The position numbers and the translations under genes are program-made. A stretch of DNA of 64,000 bases from Patescibacteria group bacterium (lineage in GTDB: Bacteria > Patescibacteriota > Minisyncoccia > UBA6257 > JAAZHW01). The notes beneath the pieces are model-generated. The model made no database searches. It was not told where the DNA came from and saw nothing but the letters and a program-made list of their open reading frames with translations. The DNA lies in NCBI GenBank assembly GCA_026415775.1, contig JAOAGL010000001.1, positions 206,233-270,232 of the forward strand. Direction: 5' to 3'. Positions 1 through 10,536 of the stretch are shown here, in pieces; position 1 is the first letter of the stretch, and each line of letters starts with the position of its first letter.

Positions 1-198
1 AACATTCCCGCTTCTTTTCATGTCCTTGTTAACGAGTTGAAGAGTTTGGCTTTAAATATTGAACTAATCGGCGTAAAGGAAAAATCAAAGACTGTGGAAG
101 AAAAAGAAGAGGAAGGAAAATTATTCTCTGAAGCTATGGAAGAAAACAAATATTTAGAAAATAATCAAGGTCAAAGTCAACAATCAAAAGAAGAATAA
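1..198 (+). CDS. rpoB: DNA-directed RNA polymerase beta subunit, C-terminal end (5' part lies outside the window)
   Basis: Frame 1 reads NIPASFHVLVNELKSLALNIELIGVKE...QSKEE and stops at TAA 196-198, which is a typical RpoB C-terminus. rpoC starts 5 nt downstream, the canonical rpoB-rpoC order. Confidence 0.8.
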   Translation, partial: NIPASFHVLVNELKSLALNIELIGVKEKSKTVEEKEEEGKLFSEAMEENKYLENNQGQSQQSKEE

Positions 199-202
199 AA
201 TT

Positions 203-3200
203 ATGTTGCCAGAAGATTTTTTAGCCATTAAATTAAAATTAGCCTCCCCAGAAGAAATTCTTTCTTGGAGTTATGGGGAAGTAACAAAACCTGAAACAAT
301 TAATTATCGCACTCAACGACCAGAAAAAGATGGTTTATTTTCTGAAAGAATTTTTGGCCCAACAAAAGATTGGGAGTGTTATTGTGGAAAATATAAGAGA
401 ATTCGTTATAAGGGCATTATTTGCGATAAGTGTGGTGTGGAAGTAACTCGCGCCAGCGTTCGTCGTGAAAGGATGGGCCATATTAAATTAGCTTGTCCAG
501 TGGCCCATATCTGGTATTTAAGAAACATTCCATCTCAAATAGCCCTTTTCTTGGGGGTTAACCAACAGCAATTAGAGAGGGTCATTTATTATACAGCCTA
601 CATTATTACTAAAGTTAATAACGAGGAACGCAAAAAAGCTTTAGAAGATTTAAAATCAGAATACGAAAGCAAAAAGAAAAATACTTCGAAGGATAAATTA
701 AACGTTTTAGAAACTCTTTATAAGCATCATGTGGAAGAGTTAAATGGCCTTTATCCGCTAAAAATCATTTCTGAAATTGAATATTTCAATTTAAGTAAAA
801 AATTTGGACATGTCTTTGAAGCTGGAATTGGTAGTGAACCGATAGTTGAATTGTTGAAATCTATAGATTTAAAGAAAAAAGAAAAACAATTAATCAAAGA
901 ATTTAAAGAGAAAAAAAGTGATAAAAAGAAAATTCTTCTTCAATTAAAACTAATCAAATCTTTTGTCAAAAATAATTTAAGACCGGAATGGATGTTTTTG
1001 ACGGTTTTACCAGTTTTGCCACCAGATTTAAGACCAATGGTGGCTTTAGATGGCGGTCGCTATGCCACTTCAGATTTAAATGATTTATATCGACGCGTTA
1101 TTAATCGTAATAATCGACTGAAAAAACTTTTAGAATTAAATGCGCCAGAAGTAATTATTAGAAATGAAAAAAGGATGTTGCAGGAAGCGGTTGATGCTTT
1201 AATTGATAATAGCGCTAGAAAAACTCAAATTCAATCAAGCGCTCAGAAGCGACCATTAAAATCGCTTTCTGATATTTTGCAAGGTAAACAGGGTCGTTTT
1301 AGACAGAATTTATTAGGAAAGCGCGTTGATTATTCTGGTCGTTCGGTTATTGTAGTTGGTCCAGAATTGCGACATTTTGAATGCGGATTGCCTAAAGTAA
1401 TGGCCTTGGAATTATTTAGACCATTTGTGGTTAATAAATTGTTAGAAAGAGGAATTGTTTTTAATATTCGCAGCGCTAATCGATTGATTGATCAAGGACC
1501 AGCAGAGGTTTGGGCTATTTTAGAAGAAGTGATAAGAGATAAATACGTATTATTAAATCGCGCGCCAACACTGCATCGTTTAGGCATTCAAGCTTTCAAA
1601 CCCGTTTTAATCGAGGATTTAGCTTTACGCATTCCGCCAATGGTTTGTACAGCTTTTAATGCAGATTTTGATGGCGATCAAATGGCAGTTCATTTGCCAT
1701 TGACTCAAGAAGCTCAAAGAGAAGCTCGTGAAATTATGCTTTCTTCTTTGAATTGTTTAAAGCCAGCTAATGGTGAACCAATCATTAATCCCACAAAAGA
1801 CATCATTGTTGGATGTTATTATTTGACAAAAATATTTAACAATCTAAAAGGAGAAGGAAAAGTTTTTTCTTCGCCAGAAGAAGTTATAATGGCTTATGAT
1901 TATAAAATTATTGATTTAAAAGCCAAAATAAAAATCAAGCCTTACAAAGAGTTTTATTTCAAAAAGATAGGCGATGTTTTGGTGGCTGAAAAATACGAAA
2001 GCCCGAATACTTTAATTGAAACTTCCGCTGGCCAGATTATTTTCAATGATATTTTCCCTAAAGATTTTCCTTTTGTCGGCGAGGTTGTTGAAAAGAAGTT
2101 TTTAAGTAAATTAACGGATTACATTATTAGTCATTTTGATTCGGTTGTCGCGATTGATTTGTTGGATAAAATCAAGGCATTGGGATTCCATTATGCAACT
2201 ATTTCGGGAATTACTTGGTCCATGTCGGATTTGCTTATTCCTGCCGAAAAAGAAGAAATTATTAATGAATCCAGAAAAGAGATTCAGACAATCGAACAAC
2301 AATTTAATGAAGGATTCTTAGCTCGCGATGAAAAAAGAACTCATGCGATTAAAGCATGGGAAAAAGGATTATCAAAGATTTCTAAAAATATTACAAAGGC
2401 ATTGCCGGAAAACAATCCCGTTTTTCAAATTATTGATTCTGGCAGTCGAGGATCATGGGGACAGTTGACTCAGATGATGGGCATGAAAGGTCTGGTGCAA
2501 AATCCAAAAGGTGAAATTATTGAATTGCCAATTCTCTCTTCTTATAAAGAGGGATTAAGCGTTTTGGAATATTTCATTGCAAGTCACGGCGCTCGAAAAG
2601 GATCTAGCGATACCGCTTTGAAAACTGCCAATGCCGGTTATTTGACGCGCCGTTTAATTGATGCTACACAAGAAGTAATTGTTACTGAAGAGGATTGCGG
2701 TGCTACTAAAGGCATTACTGTTTTTCGAGCTGATGGCGCTGAGTATGGTCATCGTTTCAGCGCTCGATTAATTGGAAGAACAGTGCTAGAAGATATAAAA
2801 ATTGGCAATAAAATAATTATTAAAGCCAATGAAGTGATTACTCCTCAAATAGCGGAAATAATTGAAAAATCTGATATTGAAGCAGTCAAAATTCGTTCGC
2901 CAATTACTTGTAAAACTTTGTGGGGAGTTTGCGCTAAATGTTATGGATATGATTTGGGTTATAATAAACCTGTTGTAGCGGGCACGCCAATTGGTATTAT
3001 TGCTGCTCAATCAATTGGTGAACCAGGAACGCAATTAACATTAAGAACGTTCCATACAGGCGGTGTTGCTGGTCAGGATATTACTCATGGTTTGCCTAGG
3101 ATTGAAGAGTTATTTGAAGCGCGAACCCCAAAAAATAAAGCAGTTATTACTGAAGTTGATGGAGAAGTAACTAAAATAGAAGAACAAGAAAAAGAAATCA

Positions 3201-3853
3201 TCATTCATATTAAATCAAAAAAGGAAACAACCAAAAAAATTAAAGGGAAAACTCATAAGTTAAAAACTACAGATGCCCATCAATACTCTATTCCTAAAAC
3301 GAAGAAAATTTTGGTTAAAGAGGGCGATATTGTAAAGGCGGGAGATAAATTATGTGTGGGCGATATTGATCCTAAAGAATTATTGAGAGTTACTAACCGC
3401 GAAACAGTTGAACGATATATACTTTCTGAAGTTCAGAAAATTTATGTTTCTGAAGGTGTAAGTATTAATAATAAACATTTGGAAATTGTTATCCGACAAA
3501 TGTTTGATAAGGTTAAAATTAAAAACCCAGGCGATAGCGATTTCTTAATTGGCGAAATTGTTTCCAAATCCAGATTTTTGGAGGAAAATAAAAAATTGAA
3601 AACCAAAGGTAAAAAACCAGCTAAAGCTGTTCAATTGTTTTTGGGCATTACTCGTTCGGCTTTAGCCAGCGAAAGCTTTTTGGCTGCCGCTTCATTCCAG
3701 GAGACAACAAGAGTGTTGGTGAAGGCTGCGCTCGAGGGCAGGGTTGATTATCTCCGTGGCTTAAAAGAAAATGTTATTATTGGCCGTTTGGTGCCGGTTG
3801 GCACTGGATTCAGAAAAAACGAAGAACAGCAAATTGCGAAAAGAAAAAAATAA
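203..3853 (+). CDS. rpoC: DNA-directed RNA polymerase beta' subunit
   Basis: 1216-aa ORF. The N-terminus [17 protein letters not shown]...[23 protein letters not shown] carries the zinc-ribbon, and the [12 protein letters not shown] catalytic motif is present. Confidence 0.97.
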   Translation: MLPEDFLAIKLKLASPEEILSWSYGEVTKPETINYRTQRPEKDGLFSERIFGPTKDWECYCGKYKRIRYKGIICDKCGVEVTRASVRRERMGHIKLACPVAHIWYLRNIPSQIALFLGVNQQQLERVIYYTAYIITKVNNEERKKALEDLKSEYESKKKNTSKDKLNVLETLYKHHVEELNGLYPLKIISEIEYFNLSKKFGHVFEAGIGSEPIVELLKSIDLKKKEKQLIKEFKEKKSDKKKILLQLKLIKSFVKNNLRPEWMFLTVLPVLPPDLRPMVALDGGRYATSDLNDLYRRVINRNNRLKKLLELNAPEVIIRNEKRMLQEAVDALIDNSARKTQIQSSAQKRPLKSLSDILQGKQGRFRQNLLGKRVDYSGRSVIVVGPELRHFECGLPKVMALELFRPFVVNKLLERGIVFNIRSANRLIDQGPAEVWAILEEVIRDKYVLLNRAPTLHRLGIQAFKPVLIEDLALRIPPMVCTAFNADFDGDQMAVHLPLTQEAQREAREIMLSSLNCLKPANGEPIINPTKDIIVGCYYLTKIFNNLKGEGKVFSSPEEVIMAYDYKIIDLKAKIKIKPYKEFYFKKIGDVLVAEKYESPNTLIETSAGQIIFNDIFPKDFPFVGEVVEKKFLSKLTDYIISHFDSVVAIDLLDKIKALGFHYATISGITWSMSDLLIPAEKEEIINESRKEIQTIEQQFNEGFLARDEKRTHAIKAWEKGLSKISKNITKALPENNPVFQIIDSGSRGSWGQLTQMMGMKGLVQNPKGEIIELPILSSYKEGLSVLEYFIASHGARKGSSDTALKTANAGYLTRRLIDATQEVIVTEEDCGATKGITVFRADGAEYGHRFSARLIGRTVLEDIKIGNKIIIKANEVITPQIAEIIEKSDIEAVKIRSPITCKTLWGVCAKCYGYDLGYNKPVVAGTPIGIIAAQSIGEPGTQLTLRTFHTGGVAGQDITHGLPRIEELFEARTPKNKAVITEVDGEVTKIEEQEKEIIIHIKSKKETTKKIKGKTHKLKTTDAHQYSIPKTKKILVKEGDIVKAGDKLCVGDIDPKELLRVTNRETVERYILSEVQKIYVSEGVSINNKHLEIVIRQMFDKVKIKNPGDSDFLIGEIVSKSRFLEENKKLKTKGKKPAKAVQLFLGITRSALASESFLAAASFQETTRVLVKAALEGRVDYLRGLKENVIIGRLVPVGTGFRKNEEQQIAKRKK

Positions 3854-3861
3854 TAAACAAC

Positions 3862-3890
3862 AAAACCGCTCTTATATAAGAGCGGTTTTG
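3862..3890. terminator. Bidirectional intrinsic terminator between the convergent rpoC and pnp
   Basis: aaaaCCGCTCTT-atat-AAGAGCGGtttt: a perfect 12-bp stem with an A-run on its left and a T-run on its right. Confidence 0.75.
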
Positions 3891-3912
3891 TTAAAAAGAA
3901 AAAAATTATTTA

Positions 3913-6084
3913 CTATTTTTTGTTTTGTTTGAAAGAGTGATTATTTTGTTTTGAATTAGAACCATTTTCACTTAGAGCTTTAAGAGAAAGACCAATTCGC
4001 CCGTTTTCATCAATTTTTACGATTTTCAAAGTTAAAACTTGTCCGATCTTAACCTCGTCTTCTACTTTTTCAATTCGACGATGAGCAATTTCCGAAATAT
4101 GCAGCAATCCTTCTTTGCCAAAACCAAGATCAACAATGGCGCCGAAATCCAAAATTTTAATAACTTTACCCGTAACAATTTCTCCTTCTTTAAATTCATA
4201 AGTAATATTTTTTATAATTCCCAAAGCTTCTTTTCCAGCTTCTTCATTTGGCGCAGTTACAAAAATTGTGCCATCTTCTTCAATGTCAATTTCAACGCCA
4301 GTTTTTTTAATGATGTCATTTATTGTTTTTCCGCCCGAACCAATAACATCGCGAATTTTATCAGGATTAATTTTAAGGGTGAAAATTCTAGGTGCTAAAG
4401 GTGATAGAGTTGGGCGTGGACTTTCAAGAACTTCAGTCATTTTCTTTAATATTTCCAAACGAGCTTTTTTGGCTTGAGTCAGTGTTTCTTTAAAAATTTG
4501 GATGGTAATCCCTTTAATTTTAACATCCAGTTGAATGCCGGTGATGCCATTTTTCGTGCCTGCTACTTTAAAATCCATATCACCATAATGATCTTCGGGT
4601 CCTTGAATATCAGTTAGAATTTTGTAATTATTCTCGTCTTCCATTACTAATCCCATGGCAATACCCGCCGCCGGTGTTTTAATAGGTACTCCTGCATCCA
4701 TCAAAGCTAGAGACGAACCACATACTGAGGCCATTGAAGATGAGCCATTTGAGGATAAAATTTCTGATACAATTCTAATAGTGTAAGGGAAATCATCTTT
4801 TTTGGGTATAATAGGCAATAATGATTTTTCAGCCAGTGCGCCATGGCCGATCTCTCTTCTTCCTGGACCGCGCATTGAAGAAACTTCGCCAACTGAATAA
4901 GGTGGGAAGTTGTAGTGATGAATAAATCTTTTTGTATCGCTTTCTTCAATTGTTTCCACTGTTAATCCGTGAGAGGGCGCGGCTAAAGTAACGGTTGATA
5001 ATGCTTGGGTTGTCCCTCGGATAAATAAACCAGAACCATGAACGCGTGGCAAAATTCCTACTGCGCAATAAAGCGGTCTAATTTCATCTAGTTTTCGACC
5101 ATCCGGCCTCTTTTCTTTTTCCAAAATATTTTTGTGAACTAAAGCATCTATCTCATTTTCTAAAACAACGAACGCTTCTTTAATTTTGTTTTCATCCATG
5201 CCGTCATTACGCAATGTTTCTTCCAAGTCGTTTTTAAGTTGCTGTAATTTGGAAACTCTGTCAATTTTATCCGTTACATATATTGCTTCTTCCAATTTAT
5301 TTTTAAGAAAATCTTTGGTTTTTTGTTGAATTTCTGCATCGATTTGTTTGAATAATACTTGGGCTTTTGGTTTAGCCATTTCTTTGATGATTTCTTTTTG
5401 GAAATTTTGAATTTTACCGATTTCTTTAAGAGCTAGTTCAACAGCATCATTCATTTTTTCTTCGCTAATTTCATTAGCGCCAACTTCAATCATAGTGATA
5501 GCGCCATCGGCGCTGCTCAGAAAGAAGTCCAAATCGCTTTTTTCTCTGTCGGCAAAAGAAGGATTAATCACAAAATCATTATTAACCAAACCAATTCGAA
5601 GAGCTGAAATTGGACCATTCCAAGGAATGTCTGATGTGGATAAAGCTAAAGATGCTCCAATTAAAGCAGGGAAGTCCGGGTCATTTTCGCCGTCAATTGC
5701 CAAAACCGTAGCAACAACTTGCACCTCGCGTCTCATATCGTGATTAAAAAGAGGGCGAATAGAACGGTCAATCAAACGCGCATTTAAAATGGCGTTTTCT
5801 GACGGCTTCCCTTCTCTTCTTACAAAACGACTCCCCAAAATTTTACCCGCGGCGTAAAAACGCTCTTCATAATCTACAACCAATGGGAAAAAATCAGCTT
5901 CTAAACGATCTGTTTTCCCCATTGTGGCCGTAACCAAAACAACAGTTTCACCGTATTGAATTAAAACTGAACCATTGGATTGTTGAGCAAGCGGTGTAAA
6001 TTTTGCTGTTAATTTTTTACCCGCTATTTCTAAAGAAAAACTTTTTTCTTGCAACATACAATATAAAATTTTTCCAAGAAACAA
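3913..6084 (-). CDS. pnp: Polynucleotide phosphorylase (PNPase). The ATG at 6057 (MLQEKSF...) is the likelier true start
   Basis: 723-aa ORF with two RNase PH domains plus KH and S1, including GLSLKALSENG near the C-terminus. An N-terminus of MLQEKSFSLEIAGKKL is typical for PNPase. Confidence 0.95.
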   Translation of the reverse strand: MFLGKILYCMLQEKSFSLEIAGKKLTAKFTPLAQQSNGSVLIQYGETVVLVTATMGKTDRLEADFFPLVVDYEERFYAAGKILGSRFVRREGKPSENAILNARLIDRSIRPLFNHDMRREVQVVATVLAIDGENDPDFPALIGASLALSTSDIPWNGPISALRIGLVNNDFVINPSFADREKSDLDFFLSSADGAITMIEVGANEISEEKMNDAVELALKEIGKIQNFQKEIIKEMAKPKAQVLFKQIDAEIQQKTKDFLKNKLEEAIYVTDKIDRVSKLQQLKNDLEETLRNDGMDENKIKEAFVVLENEIDALVHKNILEKEKRPDGRKLDEIRPLYCAVGILPRVHGSGLFIRGTTQALSTVTLAAPSHGLTVETIEESDTKRFIHHYNFPPYSVGEVSSMRGPGRREIGHGALAEKSLLPIIPKKDDFPYTIRIVSEILSSNGSSSMASVCGSSLALMDAGVPIKTPAAGIAMGLVMEDENNYKILTDIQGPEDHYGDMDFKVAGTKNGITGIQLDVKIKGITIQIFKETLTQAKKARLEILKKMTEVLESPRPTLSPLAPRIFTLKINPDKIRDVIGSGGKTINDIIKKTGVEIDIEEDGTIFVTAPNEEAGKEALGIIKNITYEFKEGEIVTGKVIKILDFGAIVDLGFGKEGLLHISEIAHRRIEKVEDEVKIGQVLTLKIVKIDENGRIGLSLKALSENGSNSKQNNHSFKQNKK

Positions 6085-6147
6085 TTTAATTTAGCGCAGA
6101 GGAGAAGATTGCAATTCCTCTCCTCTGCTCTAAATTGTTTCTTGGAA
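6072..6147 (-). promoter_or_regulatory. Nested palindrome in the pnp 5' leader, which doubles as a terminator for the upstream NYN-domain gene
   Basis: Perfect 17-bp outer arms: ttccaagaaacaattta at 6072-6088 and taaattgtttcttggaa at 6131-6147. They enclose a 13-bp inner hairpin, 6096-6108 pairing 6116-6128 with loop ttgcaat. This is reminiscent of the RNase III-processed pnp leader hairpin in E. coli. Confidence 0.5.
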
Positions 6148-6150
6148 TTA

Positions 6151-6702
6151 TTAATAATTTTGTTTAAAAATTTTATTTTTCGACTTTTTTATTAAAGAAC
6201 TTTTTATTAAAAATTTTTGTGGATTTTTTTCTAAATCAATAAAATCATCAGCCACCTCTTTTAATTTTGATGAAGCGCTGCGACCAAAAGCAACAACCTC
6301 TACTATTTTACCTATTCCTTTCAGATAATCAACTAATGGCAAAAAATCGCCATCGCCCGTAACGAGAATTATACTATCAACTGAAGGGGCCATGCGAATA
6401 GCATCAACAGCTAAACCAACATCCCAATCAGCCTTTTTTAAGCCATCAGGATAAATTTGCAATTCTTTAATTCTTAATTCAATTCCGATATTTTGAAGCG
6501 CTTCAAAAAAAGATGCTTCTCCTTCAACAACATCACTTTTTACAACGTAGGCAATTGCCCTAATTAATCTACGATTGGCTACTGCCGCTCTCAAAACTTC
6601 TTTAAAATCAACACGCGCTTGATAAAGATTTTTTGCTGAATGATAAAGATTTTGGATATCAAAAAAAATTGCCACTCTTTGATCTTTATATTTAATAATC
6701 AT
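6151..6702 (-). CDS. NYN/LabA-like (PIN-like) domain protein, predicted RNase
   Basis: 183-aa ORF. VAIFFDIQNLYHS...LVTGDGDF...VVAFG is the LabA/NYN signature. It sits between rpsO and pnp. Confidence 0.75.
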   Translation of the reverse strand: MIIKYKDQRVAIFFDIQNLYHSAKNLYQARVDFKEVLRAAVANRRLIRAIAYVVKSDVVEGEASFFEALQNIGIELRIKELQIYPDGLKKADWDVGLAVDAIRMAPSVDSIILVTGDGDFLPLVDYLKGIGKIVEVVAFGRSASSKLKEVADDFIDLEKNPQKFLIKSSLIKKSKNKIFKQNY

Positions 6703-6714
6703 AACTATAAAAAA

Positions 6715-6978
6715 CTATTTTAATCCCAAAGTTTTCGTTAATTTATTGTAACGGCGAATAGATTCTTTTTGAAGAAAATTGAGAAGTTTTTTTCTTTTAG
6801 AAACCATTTTTAATAGTCCACGTCGTGAATGATTATCTTTGGGGTGTTTTTTTAGATGGGCAGTTAATTTATTGATTTGTTGGGTTAATAAAGCAATTTG
6901 AACTTCTGCCGACCCCGTGTCTTTCTCGTGTTTTCTGTATTTGCTAATTAATTTTGTTTTCTCTCCTTTCTTTAGCAT
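6715..6978 (-). CDS. rpsO: 30S ribosomal protein S15
   Basis: [56 protein letters not shown]... is S15. The track's ORF extends spuriously upstream, so the real ATG is at 6978. Confidence 0.9.
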   Translation of the reverse strand: MLKKGEKTKLISKYRKHEKDTGSAEVQIALLTQQINKLTAHLKKHPKDNHSRRGLLKMVSKRKKLLNFLQKESIRRYNKLTKTLGLK

Positions 6979-7054
6979 ATAGATTGATAATAACATAAAG
7001 ATTAAAAGTTTGCAAGATATGGAGATAGAATGATATAATATAAAAAGGAAAAAC

Positions 7055-7996
7055 ATGAAAAACAAAAACCTGTTAGATTTAAAAAAACAATATTTGGAAT
7101 ATTTAGAAATAGAAAAAAACCGCAGTTTAAAAACGTTGGAGAACTATAATCGTTATTTAACGAAATTTTTAAATTTCTTAGCCAAAAACAATAACAAAAA
7201 AATTGAGCAGTTAAATATTGATGATGTTGACCAGGAGGCGATTAGGCGGTTTAGATTATACCTGAATCGTTTGGAAGGAAAGCAACAAAATTTAAAAAAA
7301 GCCACACAGAATTATTATATTATTGCTTTACGTGGTTTTTTGAAATATTTAACAAAAATTGGAATTGAATGTTTGGCTCCTGACCAGGTGGAATTGGCTA
7401 AGGTGTCTCGCAATGAGATTAATTTGATTAGTTTTAATGAATTGGAACGACTATTGAATGCGCCTGAGGGTAATGATGTTAAGTCTTTGCGCGATAAAGC
7501 AATTCTTGAGACATTATTTGCAACTGGGTTGCGCGTTTCTGAGTTGTGCAAATTAAATCGTGATAGTGTGAATTTGGAAAGAGGTGAATTCAGTGTGAAG
7601 GGCAAAGGGGGAAAAATTCGTCTAGTTTTTCTTTCGGAAGATGCAAAAGAAGCGATTAAAAAATATTTAAGCAAAAGAACAGATATTGAAGAGCCACTTT
7701 TTGTCACCTTTAAAAAATCGAAAAAATATGAAGTGTTGGGCAGAATGACGCCGCGCAGCGTTCAGCGGATGATAAATTTTTATAGCAAAAAAGCAGGAAT
7801 CGTAAGAAAAGTGACTCCCCATACACTTAGGCATCTATTTGCCACAGATTTATTGCAAAATGGTGCTGATTTGCGCTCGGTTCAAATGCTTCTGGGGCAT
7901 AGTAATATCAGCACAACGCAGGTGTATACACATTTAACCGATAAAGAATTAAAAGAAATTTACCAGGCTTTTCATGGCCGTCGTCGAAAACGATAA
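7055..7996 (+). CDS. xerD: Tyrosine recombinase of the XerC/XerD family
   Basis: The C-terminus [39 protein letters not shown] carries the R..H..R..Y catalytic motifs. Confidence 0.85.
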   Translation: MKNKNLLDLKKQYLEYLEIEKNRSLKTLENYNRYLTKFLNFLAKNNNKKIEQLNIDDVDQEAIRRFRLYLNRLEGKQQNLKKATQNYYIIALRGFLKYLTKIGIECLAPDQVELAKVSRNEINLISFNELERLLNAPEGNDVKSLRDKAILETLFATGLRVSELCKLNRDSVNLERGEFSVKGKGGKIRLVFLSEDAKEAIKKYLSKRTDIEEPLFVTFKKSKKYEVLGRMTPRSVQRMINFYSKKAGIVRKVTPHTLRHLFATDLLQNGADLRSVQMLLGHSNISTTQVYTHLTDKELKEIYQAFHGRRRKR

Positions 7997-8036
7997 TATC
8001 TATTGACAAAAAGAAAATTTATTTCTAATATTTATT

Positions 8037-9119
8037 TTGTTAAAAAATATGGCCAGTAAAAATTTACTTCAAACAATTAAAGAATTTGTTGGAATTTTGC
8101 CAGAAAAACAAAAAGAGATAGTTGAGAAACGATATGGTTTAATAAACGAAAAACCTTTAACACTAGAAGCTATTGGCAAGGAAAAGGGGTTAACGCGCGA
8201 ACGTATTCGTCAAATTGAAGCGGTTGCTTTAAATAAATTAAGAAAAAATTTGAATGAATTAAACGAGGTCCTGGAACGCATTAAATATCAATTAGAAATA
8301 ATCGGAGGAATTAGACGAGAAAAAAAATTATTAGAGGAAACCCCTGTTTTATTGGTTGATAATCCAAGAGAACTTTGGGAGAACGAGAGGATTAAAAATC
8401 AATGGGAAAACCATATTAATTTTTTATTAGATTTAAGTCCAGAATTTAATTATTTTTTAGAAAAACCCCATATTTATTCTAACTGGTATTTGAAAGAGGA
8501 ATACCTCAATAAAACCCTAAACATTTATAAATTTGTTGAAAAACAAATTAAAATTTATAAACGACCATTAATGCTTGATGAATATCAATTATTATTGCGG
8601 AAAATAATGAAAGAATTCCGTATTCATAATGAAAACTTAGTCGTTTCTTATTTAGATGTCTGCAAAAAGTTTGGATTTAATCCTTTTGGTGAATTTGGTT
8701 TGGTTGATTGGGAATTAATCAAGCCCCACAACGTTAAAACCAAAGCCTATTTAATTTTAAAGAAAATGAGCCAACCGATGCATTATAGTGAAATTCTCCA
8801 AAAAATTAGAGAACTTAATTTTGATGACAAAAAAATTTCTATTAATAGTTTACATAATGAGTTAATTAAAGATGATTCTTTTGTTTTGGTGGGTAGAGGG
8901 ATTTATGCATTAAAGGAATGGGGATATCAGGCTGGAACCGTAAAGGATGTTTTGGTTAAAATTTTGGCCAAAAAACCAATGTACTTCCGTGATATTTTAA
9001 AAGAAATTGCCAAACAGCGATTGGTTAAAGATATGACAGTTTTGATTAATCTGCAAGATAAAAATCTTTTTAAAAAATTGCCTGATGGCCGCTATACTAT
9101 AGTTTCCTCAAAAAAATAA
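8037..9119 (+). CDS. Protein with an N-terminal sigma-70 region-4-like HTH and a C-terminal HARE-HTH-like (RpoE/delta-like) domain
   Basis: The N-terminus LTLEAIGKEKGLTRERIRQIEAVALNKLRK matches the sigma region 4.2 signature. The C-terminal ~90 aa (YSEILQKIREL...VLVGRGIYALKEWGY) resemble the winged HTH at the N-terminus of the RNAP delta subunit. No sigma region 2 is present. Confidence 0.5.
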   Translation: MLKNMASKNLLQTIKEFVGILPEKQKEIVEKRYGLINEKPLTLEAIGKEKGLTRERIRQIEAVALNKLRKNLNELNEVLERIKYQLEIIGGIRREKKLLEETPVLLVDNPRELWENERIKNQWENHINFLLDLSPEFNYFLEKPHIYSNWYLKEEYLNKTLNIYKFVEKQIKIYKRPLMLDEYQLLLRKIMKEFRIHNENLVVSYLDVCKKFGFNPFGEFGLVDWELIKPHNVKTKAYLILKKMSQPMHYSEILQKIRELNFDDKKISINSLHNELIKDDSFVLVGRGIYALKEWGYQAGTVKDVLVKILAKKPMYFRDILKEIAKQRLVKDMTVLINLQDKNLFKKLPDGRYTIVSSKK

Positions 9120-9140
9120 TTTTGGATTATAATTAAATTA

Positions 9141-10406
9141 ATGAGCGAAGTATTTGAAATTTTACAAGGGGTTATTTTATCCATTTGGAAAATTTTTAAA
9201 TTTGTTTGGTGGATTATTATCCCCCTTGTTTTAATAAAAGCGGTTTATGCGCTTTGGCTTGAATACGTTAAAAAGAAATTTCTTAAGAAAATCGAATATA
9301 CAATTTTTGAAATAAAAATTCCCCGCAACATCGAAAAAAGTTTTAAGTCAATGGAGGATATTTTCGCGGCGCTTCATTCTATTCAGATTTCCAAACCGAA
9401 TTGGAAGGAAAGAGTTTTTGAGGGTAAAACTCAGTTGTGGTTAAGCGCTGAGATTTTGGGTAATGGTGAAGGGGTTTCCTTTTATATTCGCACGCCAAAA
9501 GATTATAAAAATTTGGTTGAGGCCCATCTTTACGCTCAATATCCAGATTTGGAATTAAATGAGGTTGAGGATTATACCAGCATTTTTGCTGCTTCTTTGC
9601 CAAATAAATTTTGGGATTTATGGGGGTTAGATTTAATGTTAATTCAACCCTCACCATATCCTATTCTTACTTATCCCTATTTTGAATCACATAAAGATGA
9701 GAAAATAGTGGACCCTTTAGCTGGTTTATTTGAAACAGTTAGTAAATTAAACCCAGATGAGAAAATTTGGATTCAAATTTTATTTAAACCAGCTGATGAT
9801 AGTTGCAAAAAAGAAGGAGAATCAATAGTAGGGAAACTTATTGGCAAAAAAGAACCAACCCAGCGTTCTTATTTTGATTATATTCTAGAATTCTTTTATC
9901 ACTTATTTCGAGCGCCACTCACTCCACCTGAGTGGTGGGAAGAAGGCGGTTCAGGTGGTTCACCGGGTTCAGTTCAGAATTTAACACCCGGCGAGAAAGA
10001 CGTGATAGAGGCAATTCAGAGAAAAATTTCTAAGCTTCTTTTTGATGTAACAATCCGTTTTGTATATATAGATCGCCGCGACGCTTTTACACGTTTGAAT
10101 ATTACTAGCGTTATGGGATTTTTCAGACAATTTAATACCCTACATTTGAATGGATTCAAACCATATAAGCCTTCCGTTCCAAAAGCCAAATGGCCATTTA
10201 AAGAACAAAAAGAGTTTTGGAAAAAAACCGTTTTATTTAAAAATTATTTGAAACGCAAATTTAATTCCGATACAAAAATGGTTTTAAATACTGAAGAGTT
10301 GGCTACTCTCTTTCATTTCCCAGTCAATGTTGTTGAAGCGCCAATGCTTAAAAGAATTGAAGCTAAAAAAGGTGAACCACCAATTAATTTACCTATTGAG
10401 AAATAA
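9141..10406 (+). CDS. Hypothetical protein with an N-terminal transmembrane anchor and a Gly-rich GGSGGSPGS linker
   Basis: 421-aa ORF with a hydrophobic N-terminus (FKFVWWIIIPLVLIKAVYALWL) and no family I recognise. It is probably co-transcribed with the preceding gene, 21 nt upstream. Confidence 0.5.
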   Translation: MSEVFEILQGVILSIWKIFKFVWWIIIPLVLIKAVYALWLEYVKKKFLKKIEYTIFEIKIPRNIEKSFKSMEDIFAALHSIQISKPNWKERVFEGKTQLWLSAEILGNGEGVSFYIRTPKDYKNLVEAHLYAQYPDLELNEVEDYTSIFAASLPNKFWDLWGLDLMLIQPSPYPILTYPYFESHKDEKIVDPLAGLFETVSKLNPDEKIWIQILFKPADDSCKKEGESIVGKLIGKKEPTQRSYFDYILEFFYHLFRAPLTPPEWWEEGGSGGSPGSVQNLTPGEKDVIEAIQRKISKLLFDVTIRFVYIDRRDAFTRLNITSVMGFFRQFNTLHLNGFKPYKPSVPKAKWPFKEQKEFWKKTVLFKNYLKRKFNSDTKMVLNTEELATLFHFPVNVVEAPMLKRIEAKKGEPPINLPIEK

Positions 10407-10413
10407 AAAAACA

Positions 10414-10440
10414 CTAATCCTGCTTGACAGGATTTTTATA
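10414..10440 (+). terminator. Intrinsic terminator after the 9141-10406 gene
   Basis: AATCCTGcttgaCAGGATTtttta: an 8-bp stem followed by a T-run. Confidence 0.6.
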
Positions 10441-10536
10441 TTTTATTAAAATTCAGTTATAATATTAAAGGTCCGTTTTAACGGACCTTTATTGCTAGAA
10501 AGTCGCGTGTTATTTTATTAAATCCATTAATTAACC

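Noticed and set aside
2111-4477. Short ORFs antisense to or overlapping rpoC and pnp: 2111-2302, 2136-2321, 2786-3010, 4039-4398 and 4268-4477
   Set aside because: They lie inside strongly supported long genes, have low-complexity or odd composition and no known motifs, so they are chance frames.
10468-10491. Second hairpin AAAGGTCCGTtttaACGGACCTTT upstream of nusA
   Set aside because: It has a perfect stem but no T-run on either strand. No convincing -35/-10 pair accompanies it; TTGACA at 10424 and TATAAT at 10458 are 28 nt apart. I cannot assign a function.
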